Assembly: GCF_030144855.1 (NCBI RefSeq)
Contig: NC_082715.1
Location: forward strand, 115,072,001-115,136,000
DNA from: Hypanus sabinus
Lineage: Eukaryota
Direction: 5' to 3'
DNA: 64,000 bases
The translations under genes and the position numbers were made by a program. Position 1 is the first letter of the stretch. Each line of letters begins with the position of its first letter. This document shows positions 37,803-49,310 of the stretch, piece by piece. The notes under the pieces were generated by a model that was given only the letters and a program-made list of their open reading frames with translations, was not told the origin of the DNA and made no database searches.

Positions 37803-38235
37803 CAACATAAGAATGTAAGAAATAGAAGCAGGAGTAGGCCATTCGGCCCATCGAGCCTGCCCCGCCATTCAATAAGATCATGACTGATCTGTCAGTAAAC
37901 TCAGCTCCATCTGCTTGCCTTTTTCCCACAACCTTTAATTCCCCTACTATGTAAAAACCTATCTAACTGTATCTTAAATATATTTAGTGAAGAAGCCTCA
38001 ACTGCTTCCCTGGGCAAATAATTCCACAGATTCACCACTCTTTGGGAAAAACAGTTTTTCCTCATCTCCAACCTAAATCTTCTCCCCTGAATCTTGAGGC
38101 AATGTCCCCTAGTTCTAGTCTCACCTACCAATGGAAACAACTTTCCTACTTCTATCTGATCTATCCCTTTCAAAATTTTGTATGTTTTAATAAGATCCCC
38201 TCTCAATCTTCTGAATTCCAGAGAGTATAGTCCCA
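37803..38235 (-). mobile_element. CR1 LINE 3' fragment in Lefty intron 2
   Basis: ORF 37901..38329 contains YSLEFRRLRGDLIKTYKILKG...TRGH...FSQRVVNLWN. Confidence 0.85.
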
Positions 38236-38579
38236 TATTTTTTTTAAAATTTAGTTTTATTTGGAATGGGAATCTCTTTTCATCGTGATTGCCCATAGAA
38301 GTTGAAGATTGTTGTAAAAACATTATCAATTAGGACCTGACTCATATAGAGACAAAGTCTTCAGCCCACCATGTCCACGCCTACCTCTACAATCATATTT
38401 GTGTTAATCCCATGACCCTTTGACCTGCTTATTCAAGTGCTCATCTAGGTACATGTTGAATGTTGTTACTGTCCTTACTTCCACCGCCACCTCTGGCAGC
38501 TTACGCCCTCTTTTAACTAATGTCTACCAGAGATAAAACCCAAGGAGTTTGTCCTACACTGACATGTTTCCTTCCTATA

Positions 38580-40540
38580 CACACAAAATGCTGGTGGAAC
38601 TCAGCAAGTCAGTCAATGTCTATGGATGGGGAGTAAACAGCTGACACTTTGCCTTGGAAAGGAAGGGGCCAGAAGCCAGAATAAGGTAAGAAGATGGGGG
38701 AAGTAATTCAAGCTGGCAGGTGATAGGTGAGATCAGGTTAGGGGGAAGGAGGGTAAGTAGGGAAGGGGTGAAGTAAGAAGATGGAAGATAAATAGGAGAG
38801 GTAAAGGCTGATGAAAGGAGGAATCTGATAGGAGAGGAGAGTGGACTATGGAAGAATGAGGAGGAGGATAGGAACCAGAGTGGGATTGGCAGGTGAGAAG
38901 AGAAGGGGCGAGAGGGTAACCAGAATGAGGACGGGTAAAGGAGAGGGGAGAAACTGCTGGGAGTTGGAGAAACAATGTTCATGCCATCAGATTGGAGGCT
39001 ACCAGATAGAATGTGAAGTGCTGCTCTCCAACCCATTTAGCCTCATCATGGTAGTCGAGGAGGCCATGGATAGACATTTCAGAATGGGAAGTCAAACTCA
39101 AAATGTGTTGCCAATGGAAAATGGTGGAAGTTACTGAGAATGATGTGCTGGATATGGATGCTTGTGGGATGGTAGGTAAGGACAAGGGAAACCCTATTCC
39201 TGTTATGACGGGAAGATGGCTGAAGGTAGATATGCAGGAAATCGGAGGAAATGCAGGCAAGGGCAGCATCACTCATAGTGGAAGGGAAACTCCATTCTTT
39301 GGGAGGAGAAAAGGACATCGCAGATGTTCTAGAATGAAAAGCCTCCTGAGAAAAGATACGATAGAGACTGAGGAACTGAGAATGGAAATAGCATTTTTAC
39401 AAGTCACAGGGTAGGAAGGGGTAGTCAAGATAACTGAGTAAGTAGGTTTGTAAAAGATGTCAGTAGATGATCTGTCGCCAGAGATAGCAGAAAGGGAGAG
39501 AAGTGTCAAGAGATGGGCAGCTAAATTTGAAGGCAGGGTAGAAGTTGGGGGCAAAGTTGAGCTCAGCATGGACCCAGGAAGCAGCACTAATGCAGTCATC
39601 AATGTAACAGAGAAAAAATTGGAGGGCATGGACTGTTCCACGTGATGAAAAGGAGGGTAAAGCAGGGGCCAATGCGATTGCCCATGGCTATACCATTGGT
39701 TTGGAGAAAGTGGGAGGAGTTGGAAGAGTTAAGCCAGGTGGAGGGAACTGGTTAGGTCTTCTTGTTGTGACAGAAGCAGAGTGCTTTGAGGCCTTTCTGA
39801 TAGGGACTAAAGTGAAAATGAGGTGATCCAGGCCGGGGAACTGAAACTGACTGAAGTGATGAAGTGACATGGATATAGGTGGGAAAGGACTGAGCCAAGA
39901 GGGTTAAAATGGAGTTGAGGTATACTGATACAAGCTCAGTGGAGCAAGAACAGGTTGAAACAATAGCCTTACTGGACAATCAGGTTTGTGGATCTTGGGT
40001 AGGAGGCAAAAGTAAGGGAACTGTGAGCTCAGTGGCAGTTGATGGGAGATCTTCAGAGTTGATGAGGCAGAGACGGTGTGGGAAACAATGACCTGATACT
40101 CCTTAGTCGGGTTTAGTGCAAGGAGTAAATAAGAGGAGATGTATGAGAGCTGCTGTCCGGCCTCAGCAAGATAGAGATCACTGTTCAGATTAAAACAACC
40201 ACCCCCCCTTCCTGTCAGCAAGTTTGAGTGAAGTTGGTATGGTGAGAGTGAGAGTGGAGGACAAGTGTGCTCAGAGAGGGTTAGGTTAGCTCTTTTCTTC
40301 ATTCTCCCCTCCCCCCATCCATCCAGCCACCTTCCCCTCACTTTCTCACCTATCACCTGCCTGCCTGTACTCCTTCCCCACCCTGCATCATCTTATTCTC
40401 GCTTCTGCCTCTTTCCTTTACAATCCTGCTGTAGGGTCTCAAACTGTTTATTCTGCTGCCTGCCTAGCTGAGTTCCTGCAGGATTGTGTGTTATGTGTGT
40501 GCAGTACTCTGGATTTCCAGTATCTGCAGAATCTCCAGTT
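38580..40540 (-). mobile_element. Penelope-like retroelement, decayed, in Lefty intron 2
   Basis: - strand relics LLPKIHKPDCPVR, YIDD, STDIFYKPT, NRVSLVLTYHP and a GIY-YIG-region HCHDEA-like motif; flanked by inverted terminal repeat copies. Confidence 0.78.
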
Positions 40541-40639
40541 TCCCTCCAGACATCAGTCCATAAGGCGTCTTCTGCTGTAGCCGATCTTTGTCAGCAACAG
40601 ATGGCAGTGCTTACAGGTGAAAGCAGCTATATTTTTAAA

Positions 40640-41800
40640 AGTAAACTCGAGATTCTGCAGATGCTGGACAAGAGCAACAATTAAATAGTCAACATTTTGG
40701 GCTGAAAACCTTCATCAGGACTGGAAAGGAAGGGGGGAGAAGCTGGAATAAGGTGGTGAGAGGAGGGGAATGAATACAAGCTGGAAGGTGATAGGTGAAA
40801 CCAGGTGGGTGGGGGAGACAGCATGAAGTAAGAAGCTGGGAGGCGAAAAAGTTAAAGGGTTGGGAAAGAAGGAATCTGATAGGAGAGGGGTGTGGACCAT
40901 TGGAGAAAGGGAAGTGAAGGAGCACCAGGGGAAAATGATAGGCAGGTGAGGAGAAGTAACGGGACCAGAGTTGGAACTTGGAAAAGAGGGAAGGGGGAGG
41001 GGCAAATTACCAGAAGTTGGAGAGATTGATGTTCATGCCATCATTTTGGAGGCTACCCAGACAGAATACTGTATAAGGTGTTGCTGCTCAAACCTGATAG
41101 TAGCCTCATTGTGGCAATGGAGGAGGCCTTGGGCAGACGTGTTGGAATGGGAATAGGGATAGGAATTAAAATGGTTGGTCACTGTGAAATCTAGCTCTTT
41201 GTAACTGGAGCAAAGATGTTTGACAAAGCAATTCCCCATTGTACATTAGGTCCCACCTCTACAAAGGAGGCTGCATTGGGAGCATTGGATATAGTAGATA
41301 ATCCCAAAAGATTCACAGGTGAAGTGTTGCCTCGCTGTTTGGGGCCCTGAATGGAGGTGAATGAGCTTATGTAGCTCTTGTACTGGCAGAGTTAAATACC
41401 AGGAGGGAGCTTAGTGGGTAGGGATGAACAGACAAGGGAATCAGGAAGGGAGTGGTCTTTCCATAAAGCAGAAACTGAGGGGGAGGTAAAGATGCGTTTG
41501 GTGGTCAGGTCCTGTTGAAGATGTTGGAAGTTGCAGGGAACGATGTGCTGGATGCAGAGGCTCACGGGGTGGTAGGTGAGGACAAGAGGAACTCTATCCC
41601 TGTTAAGGTAGGGTGAGGACGGATGTTCAGGAAAAGGAGGAGATGCAGGTGATTGCAGTGTAAATGGTGAGGAAAGGAAAACCCCATTCTTTGAAGGAGG
41701 AGGACATATCTGATGTCCTGGAAAGGAAATCCTCATCCTGGGGACAGATGTGGCAGAATCGAAGGAACTGAGAAAAGGGAATGGCCTTTTCACAAGCTGG
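40640..41800 (-). mobile_element. Second Penelope-like 3' fragment; other fragments at ~28515-29130 (+) and ~59180-59580 (+)
   Basis: DRVPLVLTYHP (ORF 41392) and NHFNS...GLLHCHNEATIRFEQQHLI (ORF 41033). Confidence 0.78.
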
Positions 41801-42126
41801 GTGTAAAGATGATCATGGGAGTCAGTATGTTTATACCAGATATCAGTAAAACAATATGTTTTACAATAACCTTAATGGTGATTGTAGCTTTGCACTTTAT
41901 TTGTCTACCTGCACAGCTAGCTTTGTAAGTGAAGCTCATTGCCTTGAGAACAAACTTGTATTTGTCAGTTTAAATAATGTGGTGATTATTTATTGAATGT
42001 TTGTTATTGATTAATGATTGGGGAGGGAAAAGCTTATGGGAAAGATCAATGTTAACATTTTTTAAATTGTCTTGACTCAGCTGTGCAAATCCCTGGATTA
42101 TATTCCAACATTAGACTTGCCCTTAC

Positions 42127-42370
42127 CTGGAGTCTATGAGTGAGGTGCTGTTGGTGCCGTCGGCCAGGGTCTTGACCCAGTACACACTGACCCTGGCGTT
42201 GTTGACTGGCGGGCTGTGTTTCCTGGGTGGGAGCTCCCCCTTGTGGACGCCCTTCTTGAAGAGCTTGAGCTCTGCCATGGTCACCTCGCTGTTGTCCGGG
42301 ATCAGCCCCTTCATGTCGAAAACCAGCCTCTGCCGGGTGGGGCCCGAGTACAGCACGTCTTCGGTTGTGC
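42127..42370 (-). CDS. LEFTY: Lefty exon 2 (GTTEDVLYSGPTRQRLVFDMKGLIPDNSEVTMAELKLFKK...VNNARVSVYWV...TSLIDSR)
   Basis: Lies within ORF 42123..42431; cccag| acceptor and AG|gtaagg donor; 244 nt. Confidence 0.95.
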
Positions 42371-43270
42371 CTGGGGACAAAGAACTGGTTAGTTGGAAGG
42401 TTTTAAACTTCCCTATCCATCTTGAGTACATTGGTTACTTGTATCAGAGGAAAAAATACTAAATTATCTGTACTTCGCACAGTGTGAAACTACGGCCTTT
42501 GTCATCTTTGAATTCCCCCAATCGTTAAAGAAGCTGGGGAGTTCTTGAGTTGATCAGTTGCCAGCAATAAATGTACAGGTTACAGAAACTGGAAGTGCAC
42601 TTTGTTAAGTGCATATCGATTAACTGTTGGGATTGTACTTCAGCTTTGCACTTCACTTGTCCACCTGCACTGACTGTACCACTGTAATATGTATTCTCTT
42701 TTGTATTACATAATTGCCTGGGTGGTGGGTAAATAATCGGTCATTGGTCTATTATTATCACATGTATAGAGACACAGTGAAAGGCCGCTTTGTGCATCAG
42801 AATATAGAGATAGTACAATGGGAAAAAGATAGAATATGATAAACCGAATACCACCACAGTAAACCTCAGAACTCACATGTGACGATGGTTCGAGAACTCT
42901 GGCTGCATGCTTTCCACGTAGGAATTCCCCAACCCTGGTGTGTAAAACCACGTGGGGCATTTTCACCCTATCAATGCTCCTCATGATTTTATACACCTAC
43001 AAGGTCCTCCCCTCAGTCTCCAACACTCCAGGGGAAAAAATCCCTGCCTGTCCATGTAACTCAAAACTACATTTAGTCTGTGGGGCACGGGTGACAATAG
43101 GGAGAAGTGAGCATCTCCCTTCATTACCTATACTGCAACATTCCAGCACAGTGCAACGTTTGGAGAGATTGAGGCAAGGGGCAGCAGAGAGAGATTACAA
43201 GTTAGCACTAGGAAGGGACATAATTGCATTTCTAGTTTCAAAGTCAAAAGCAAATTAAAAACTGCATTAC

Positions 43271-43556
43271 CTGTAATTTCTCGCAAGATGCCGGCCAGGC
43301 TGGGCAGGGCTCTCCGCTTCCTCTCCTTCTCCTTGTGCCGTTTTAGCATGGACATGTACTTGTTCCGGAGATGTGTCGGCACCACCACCTTCTCAAGGTC
43401 CCTCTTCTCCATTTGTGGCACTTCACTTAGGCCAAGCTTGTGAAGCATAGCGTTCTTAATGCTGTCGTGGGAGACTCCACTCACTGGGGCTGTCTGCAGC
43501 ACCAACAGAACAAAGACAGGCAGCATAGTGGTCAGGCTGGTGTTGATTCTGATCAT
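43271..43556 (-). CDS. LEFTY: Lefty exon 1: signal peptide and prodomain with RKRR convertase site (MIRINTSLTTMLPVFVLLVLQTAPVSG...RKRRALPSLAGILREIT)
   Basis: Lies within ORF 43128..43616. RRALPSLAGILR is characteristic of non-mammalian Lefty/antivin. Donor ACA G|gtaatg. An alternative ATG lies at 43526. Confidence 0.92.
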
Positions 43557-43699
43557 CTCCTTGAAGCAACCCCCTGGTGGTTGAGGAATTTTACCCCTTG
43601 TTATTGGTAAAATCACTTTTTTCTTTCTTTATGTTTCCTTTCAATCTTCTGTGCTCTTTCTCTCCTCTGTGCTCTCTCTATATATGATTGCTGTTGATC

Positions 43700-43855
43700 T
43701 TTTATAGTAGCAGCTGCCATCCAGACTAAGCAGATTATATAAAGACTGCAGACATCAAACACCACTGGCTCAATCACACCATTCAGTTTGATTGACACCT
43801 TCCAGGTTATGTGCAAATTGCAAACTAACCAGGGGGATGGGCTAATTTGCAAAAA
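43700..43855 (-). promoter_or_regulatory. Lefty proximal promoter: TATAAAA plus SMAD, T-box and octamer-like motifs
   Basis: TATAAAA on the - strand at 43706-43700, ~145 nt upstream of the ATG; CAGAC/AGAC at 43722, 43743, 43749; TCACACC 43774-43780; TGACACCT 43793-43800; GTGCAAAT 43811 and ATTTGCAA 43845. Confidence 0.6.
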
Positions 43856-46800
43856 ATATAACATATTTCCAACCTCCAAACTCGTCTTTGTGCAATTTAT
43901 TACAACCACAAATTATGTGCACTTGTTTCTTTTATTTTGGCCATCTCTCATCTTTGCCCTGACTGATTATTTGCTTTTAGACTGGTGACCAATGCTCTTT
44001 AAGAGGTGCAGTGCTGCAGGACAACTCTTATAGGGCATACGTAACTGTCCCAGATGCTTTGAGTGTTGCCAAAATGGGTAAAGTACAAGGCAAAGAAAAC
44101 TGTGGGCACTCAGAACAAATCAGTTTTCCCCATTTTGACAATGCAGGATTGTGCAGTGGAGATTTGTGCAAGTTTCTGAGCATTTTCTCAGCAGAGAGTT
44201 TGCTTTAGTCTAATTCAGTTGCAGGTGCCATAGAATAAAATATGGTGTGAGGTGCATCCTGTGGACTGAAGAATTGCAAACACATCCACCTCAGTATCTG
44301 TGAAATGAGCACTAGGAGCTGCTGTAAAATCCAAGCTGCTCAGGCTGCTCCTCGGAGTTGATGATACTTTCCATGCAGTTGTAGCTGTCCCTGTGTGACC
44401 CACGAGTAGTTAAGTCAGGGCATTTAACTTGACTATTCAGATTTCTCTGCAAGATGCTACAATATTGTTGCTAGTCAAGTTCCCACTTGGTAGAAGGTGG
44501 CAGCAGCACATCCATCCCACCGGTCTCCCAAACGGTTGTCTGTGTGTACCAGATGTCCGTAATTCAGGCATTTGTAACCTGGGGAGGATCTGTACAGATA
44601 AACATAAATGCTCTTGCCCATAGCTCCCTTAAACTCCTTGCCCTCAACAGTCCGTTTTAGTCCCAAGCTGGAGCAGCCTGACAGGCCCCTCATTATTCTG
44701 GTGAATATAGCAGCAGCACGTCTTTCTGGTGTTTTACAGCAACAGCTCTCCTCAATGGGAATAGCAGTCACAATTGGCATTAGGAGGGCTTTATGACAGC
44801 AATCTGCATCAAGATCAAGAGCAGTACATAAGTTTCTGACATTGTTATTGTAGCAAGAACTTGTGGAGCATTAGAACATTCTCATTGATAAAATCATCAG
44901 ATATCAACTGTTTTGTGCATTGTAAACCTGTCACTGAAAGTACATTTCCAGGATAACTGGCTTTGGTGGTTGACCAATTATTCTTGCATGTACTGAGATG
45001 CAGTGAAAATCTTATAGTGTGCCATCCAGAAAGATCCTTGTGTGCATAAGTACATTGAAGTAGAACTAAAGGAAACACAATAGCATGGAGATGGTGTTAC
45101 ATCACAGAGAAAGTGTAGGGCCATGACATGATAAAATGAAAGATCAAGAATTTGTTCTGTATGAGGATCTTAATACAGTAGGAGAGAAGCTGTTCATGAG
45201 CCTGGTGGAAGGCGTTGTGTTCTTAAATTTTGTATCTTCTGCCTGACTTAGGGGAGGGGATTTGGCAATGGGCATTTAACAGGGGAGGGAGTGACCATGA
45301 TGGCAGGTTCCTCGATTATGTTGGCTGCTTTTCTGATACAGCCGGAAATATTGGCACAGTCTGCGGAGGTAAGGCTGGTTTTCATATAGACTGGACTGGT
45401 ATATTTGCATTGTCAGGTTCTTGTGGTCTAAACAGTGGAGAACCCTTTATTCTGCAGGACTGGGGAGAAAGGTAAAGGAACCAGAATGAGGAATTACAGG
45501 TTAGTGTGCATTAAGTCTAGAATTGCGAGGCAGACCATTGGGTCCATCTGCTCTGACTGAGAGTGCCATACTCTTTAATCTAAACATTCAATGTACTCCA
45601 TTCATACTTCAGCTGAAATCCATGTGTCAGTCACCTCTTCTACCCCCTGTGTTAAACAATTCAAATGCTTCAAATGGTTTCGGTGTGTGTCTGTCCCAGG
45701 AGAGAGTGGAATATACAGTTACAAACTCATTCCATTCCTCAGCCGAATGTGGTGCTAATGTTGTCAGACTTAATTCTTCATTAAAGTAATTAAGTGCAGA
45801 GAAATAGATGGCTGGCAGCAAGTTAGGAAGTTGCAAATCAATGTACTGAATGAAAATTGCTGCTTTAGTATTGCTCAAATATACAGTGTTCCAAGGACTA
45901 GACCATCTAATGACAGTCAGTTTCAAATCAAGTTTTTAAAACTGTGGGTAATAAAGATCTGCTTAATGCTTTGCCAATGGCATACGTGAATGTATTCAAT
46001 GAACGTTTGCACTGTACAAAGCCACAGAGTGGTGGAATTAATGGTTGTCGACTGGGACACCAACCGTTGTCCATTCCCCCGTTGGCCCATGGACTCCATC
46101 AATGAGAGAATCCATCTTTGTGAGGCACATTTCTTATTACTTTCCATCTTCCATTTAAAATCCTTTCCTGACCTTTCTCTTTCATCTCCATGGACTCTCT
46201 CTATCCTATATCCTTGGAGATACCTGCAGTCCAAGTTTAACTGCTACGTCATTGATGGGACTGCCCTCATACTCCCAAGGGGCAAAGCTTTCAAACTCAG
46301 TTAAACTGTTAACGCTTATTTCCTTAATCAGAGTTTCTGCCCCTGTAAGGCCCAGTGGTGGTCTTTGTTTGATAATGGCTCTATGAACTATTTCTGGGTG
46401 TTCTGCTCTGTTACAGGTACTACATTAGTGTGCATTGTTAATGACCCAAAGTGATCATATGGTGGTTCTCTTCAAAATTCCGGAAAAGTTTTATTGAGTG
46501 GTTCAATCATCACAAACTGCATTTCCTTTTTTGAGTGGGGGATGGGGGATTAGAAAATGGGCAGTGAAAAATAACCAGGTACCTCCTGTGAGGTATCTGT
46601 GGACTTATGTCTCTGCCAGGGGTCTTAATACGGAGAGGAGAGCACAGGGAAAAAAACTTGAGTTTCAAAATCATTGTAAACTTGGAAGGGGGGGACTGGT
46701 TGGGAATTGTTCAGCAGCTTTGGGCTTGTCACTGAGTTGCTCATCAGTGTTAAGTGACAAACTACATGCTGATTGATTAATTTTCCTCAGTATCAGAGGA

Positions 46801-47054
46801 AGATACACACAGTGAAATGGTGATGCACAGCTATTACCTCCCAACTGCAGAGATGCTGGTTCTTTGTGTGGAGTTTACACCTTCTACCTGTGCTTACATG
46901 GGATTAACCTGGATGAGATATGTGCAATATCTGTTTCCCCTGGCTGGGATACACACAGTATGGTTCCACCCGGTTGAGATACCCGAACATAAAGTCATAC
47001 AAAAAGGGGGGAAATCTGCACGTGCTGGAAACCAGACGTAGAATATAGAGCAAT

Positions 47055-48730
47055 ACATCACCCATGGTGTACATCACGGGAGCAGGTCTATCAGTCCATG
47101 GTGTACATGACGGGAGTAGGTCCATCAGTCCATGGTGTACATCACGGGAGTAGGTCCATCAGTCCATGGTGTACATCACGGGAGTAGGTCCATCAGTCCA
47201 TGGTGTACATCACGGGAGTAGATCCATCAGTCCATGGTGTACATCACGGGAGTAGGTCCATCAGTCCATGGTGTACATCACGGGAGTAGGTCTATCAGTC
47301 CATGGTGTACATCACGGGAGTAGGTCTATCAGTCCATGGTGTATATCACGGGAGTAGGTCCATCAGTCCATGGTGTATATCACGGGAGTAGGTCCATTAG
47401 TCCATGGTGTATATCACGGGAGTAGGTCCATCAGTCCATGGTGTACATCACAGGAGTAGGTCCATCAGTCCATGGTGTATATCACGGGAGTAGGTCTATC
47501 AGTCCATGGTGTACATCACGGGAGTAGGTCCATCAGTCCATGGTGTACATCACAGGATTAGGTCCTTCAGTCCATGGTGTACATCACGGGAGTAGGTCCA
47601 TCAGTCCATGGTGTACATCACGGGAGTAGGTCTATCAGTCCATGGTGTATATCACGGGAGTAGGTCCATCAGTCCATGGTGTACATCACGGGAGTAGGTC
47701 CATCAGTCCATGGTGTACATCACGGGAGTAGGTCCATCAGTCCATGGTGTATATCACGGGAGTAGGTCCATCAGTCCATGGTGTACATCACGGGAGTAGG
47801 TCCATCAGTCCATGGTGTACATCACGGGAGTAGATCCATCAGTCCATGGTGTACATCACGGGAGTAGGTCCATCAGTCCATGGTGTACATCACGGGAGTA
47901 GGTCCATCAGTCCATGGTGTATATCACGGGAGTAGGTCTATCAGTCCATGGTGTATATCACGGGAGTAGGTCTATCAGTCCATGGTGTACATCACGGGAG
48001 TAGGTCTATCAGTCCATGGTGTATATCACGGGAGTAGGTCCATCAGTCCATGGTGTACATCACGGTAGCAGGTCCATCAGTCCATGGTGTACATCACAGG
48101 AGTAGGTCCATCAGTCCATGGTGTACATCACAGGAGTAGGTCCATCAGTCCATGGTGTACATCACGGGAGTAGGTCCATTAGTCCATGGTGTATATCACG
48201 GGAGTAGGTCCATCAGTCCATGGTGTACATCACGGGAGCAGGTCCATCAGTCCATGGTGAACATCACGGGAGTAGGTCCATCAGTCCATGGTGTATATCA
48301 CGGGAGTAGGTCTATCAGTCCATGGTGTATATCACGGGAGTAGGTCTATCAGTCCATGGTGTACATCACGGGAGTAGGTCTATCAGTCCATGGTGTATAT
48401 CACGGGAGTAGGTCCATCAGTCCATGGTGTATATCACGGTAGCAGGTCCATCAGTCCATGGTGTACATCACAGGAGTAGGTCCATCAGTCCATGGTGTAC
48501 ATCACAGGAGTAGGTCCATCAGTCCATGGTGTACATCACGGGAGTAGGTCCATTAGTCCATGGTGTATATCACGGGAGTAGGTCCATCAGTCCATGGTGT
48601 ACATCACGGGAGCAGGTCCATCAGTCCATGGTGAACATCACAGGAGTAGGTCCATCAGTCCATGGTGTATATCACGGGAGTAGGTCCATCAGTCCATGGT
48701 GTACATCACGGGAGTAGGTCTATCACCCAT
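47055..48730. repeat. 34-bp minisatellite, ~49 copies (CATCAGTCCATGGTGTACATCACGGGAGTAGGTC)
   Basis: Head-to-tail units with point variants only and no unique spacers. Confidence 0.97.
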
Positions 48731-49189
48731 GATATCTGTGTCATCATCATGTGAAATCAGTCACTGCCTGAATATTCATATACTTATGTAACAGCCCTTT
48801 AGACTCTGCTATTGTGTCTGCTTCCACCACCACCCATGGTGGCCCTTCCCACGAGAGCATTCGTTTTATCGAAAGTCCTGGAGTAAGGATCAACAAACTC
48901 ATTCCTACCCAGACAGCAGGGGAATCAATTTTAAAATTTAAACCTCTTGAACCTAGTACTTGCAATCTCTTAAGCCACACAATTCAGAAACATTAAATGT
49001 TGGCCTTGTAACTTTTAATTAAAAGGTTGTTTTAAATGCATCTTGCCCAGCCACTTTGTTTGTCAGAGAGAAGCATCTGTGAGGAGAAAACACTGCCCTT
49101 AAGTGTAATGTTTTCACAGAGCTTGTTTGTATCCAGTGTTGTTTTTCACTCTGCATCCCAAAGTCAAGTCAGAATCAGTTGCCATCCAA

Positions 49190-49310
49190 ATGTCAGACTG
49201 GGTGCTAATGTCTCGCAGCCTCTCATCAAACACAGGAGTGATGTTGTGTATTCTAGGAACTCCAGGTTTAGAAGGTGATAATTCCCGAGTAGCGGGATAT
49301 GTGGATTGCA
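49190..49310. promoter_or_regulatory. Candidate Nodal-responsive (ASE-like) Lefty enhancer with two FoxH1 sites
   Basis: TGTGTATT 49245-49252 and TGTGGATT 49300-49307, same orientation and 55 bp apart, with CAGAC (~49194) and GTCT (~49210) SMAD elements, in sequence I do not recognise as repeat. Confidence 0.55.

Noticed and set aside
43557-43616. Longer Lefty N-terminus suggested by the ORF track
   Set aside because: It starts at a non-ATG codon in the 5' UTR. The first ATG at 43556 precedes a plausible signal peptide.
48152-48717. Two near-identical 63-aa ORFs
   Set aside because: By-products of the 34-bp repeat, whose period is not a multiple of 3, and of its 374-bp duplication.
47055-48730. 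CRISPR-like array (34-bp periodicity)
   Set aside because: The units are contiguous with no unique spacers, there are no cas genes, and the context is vertebrate. It is a minisatellite.
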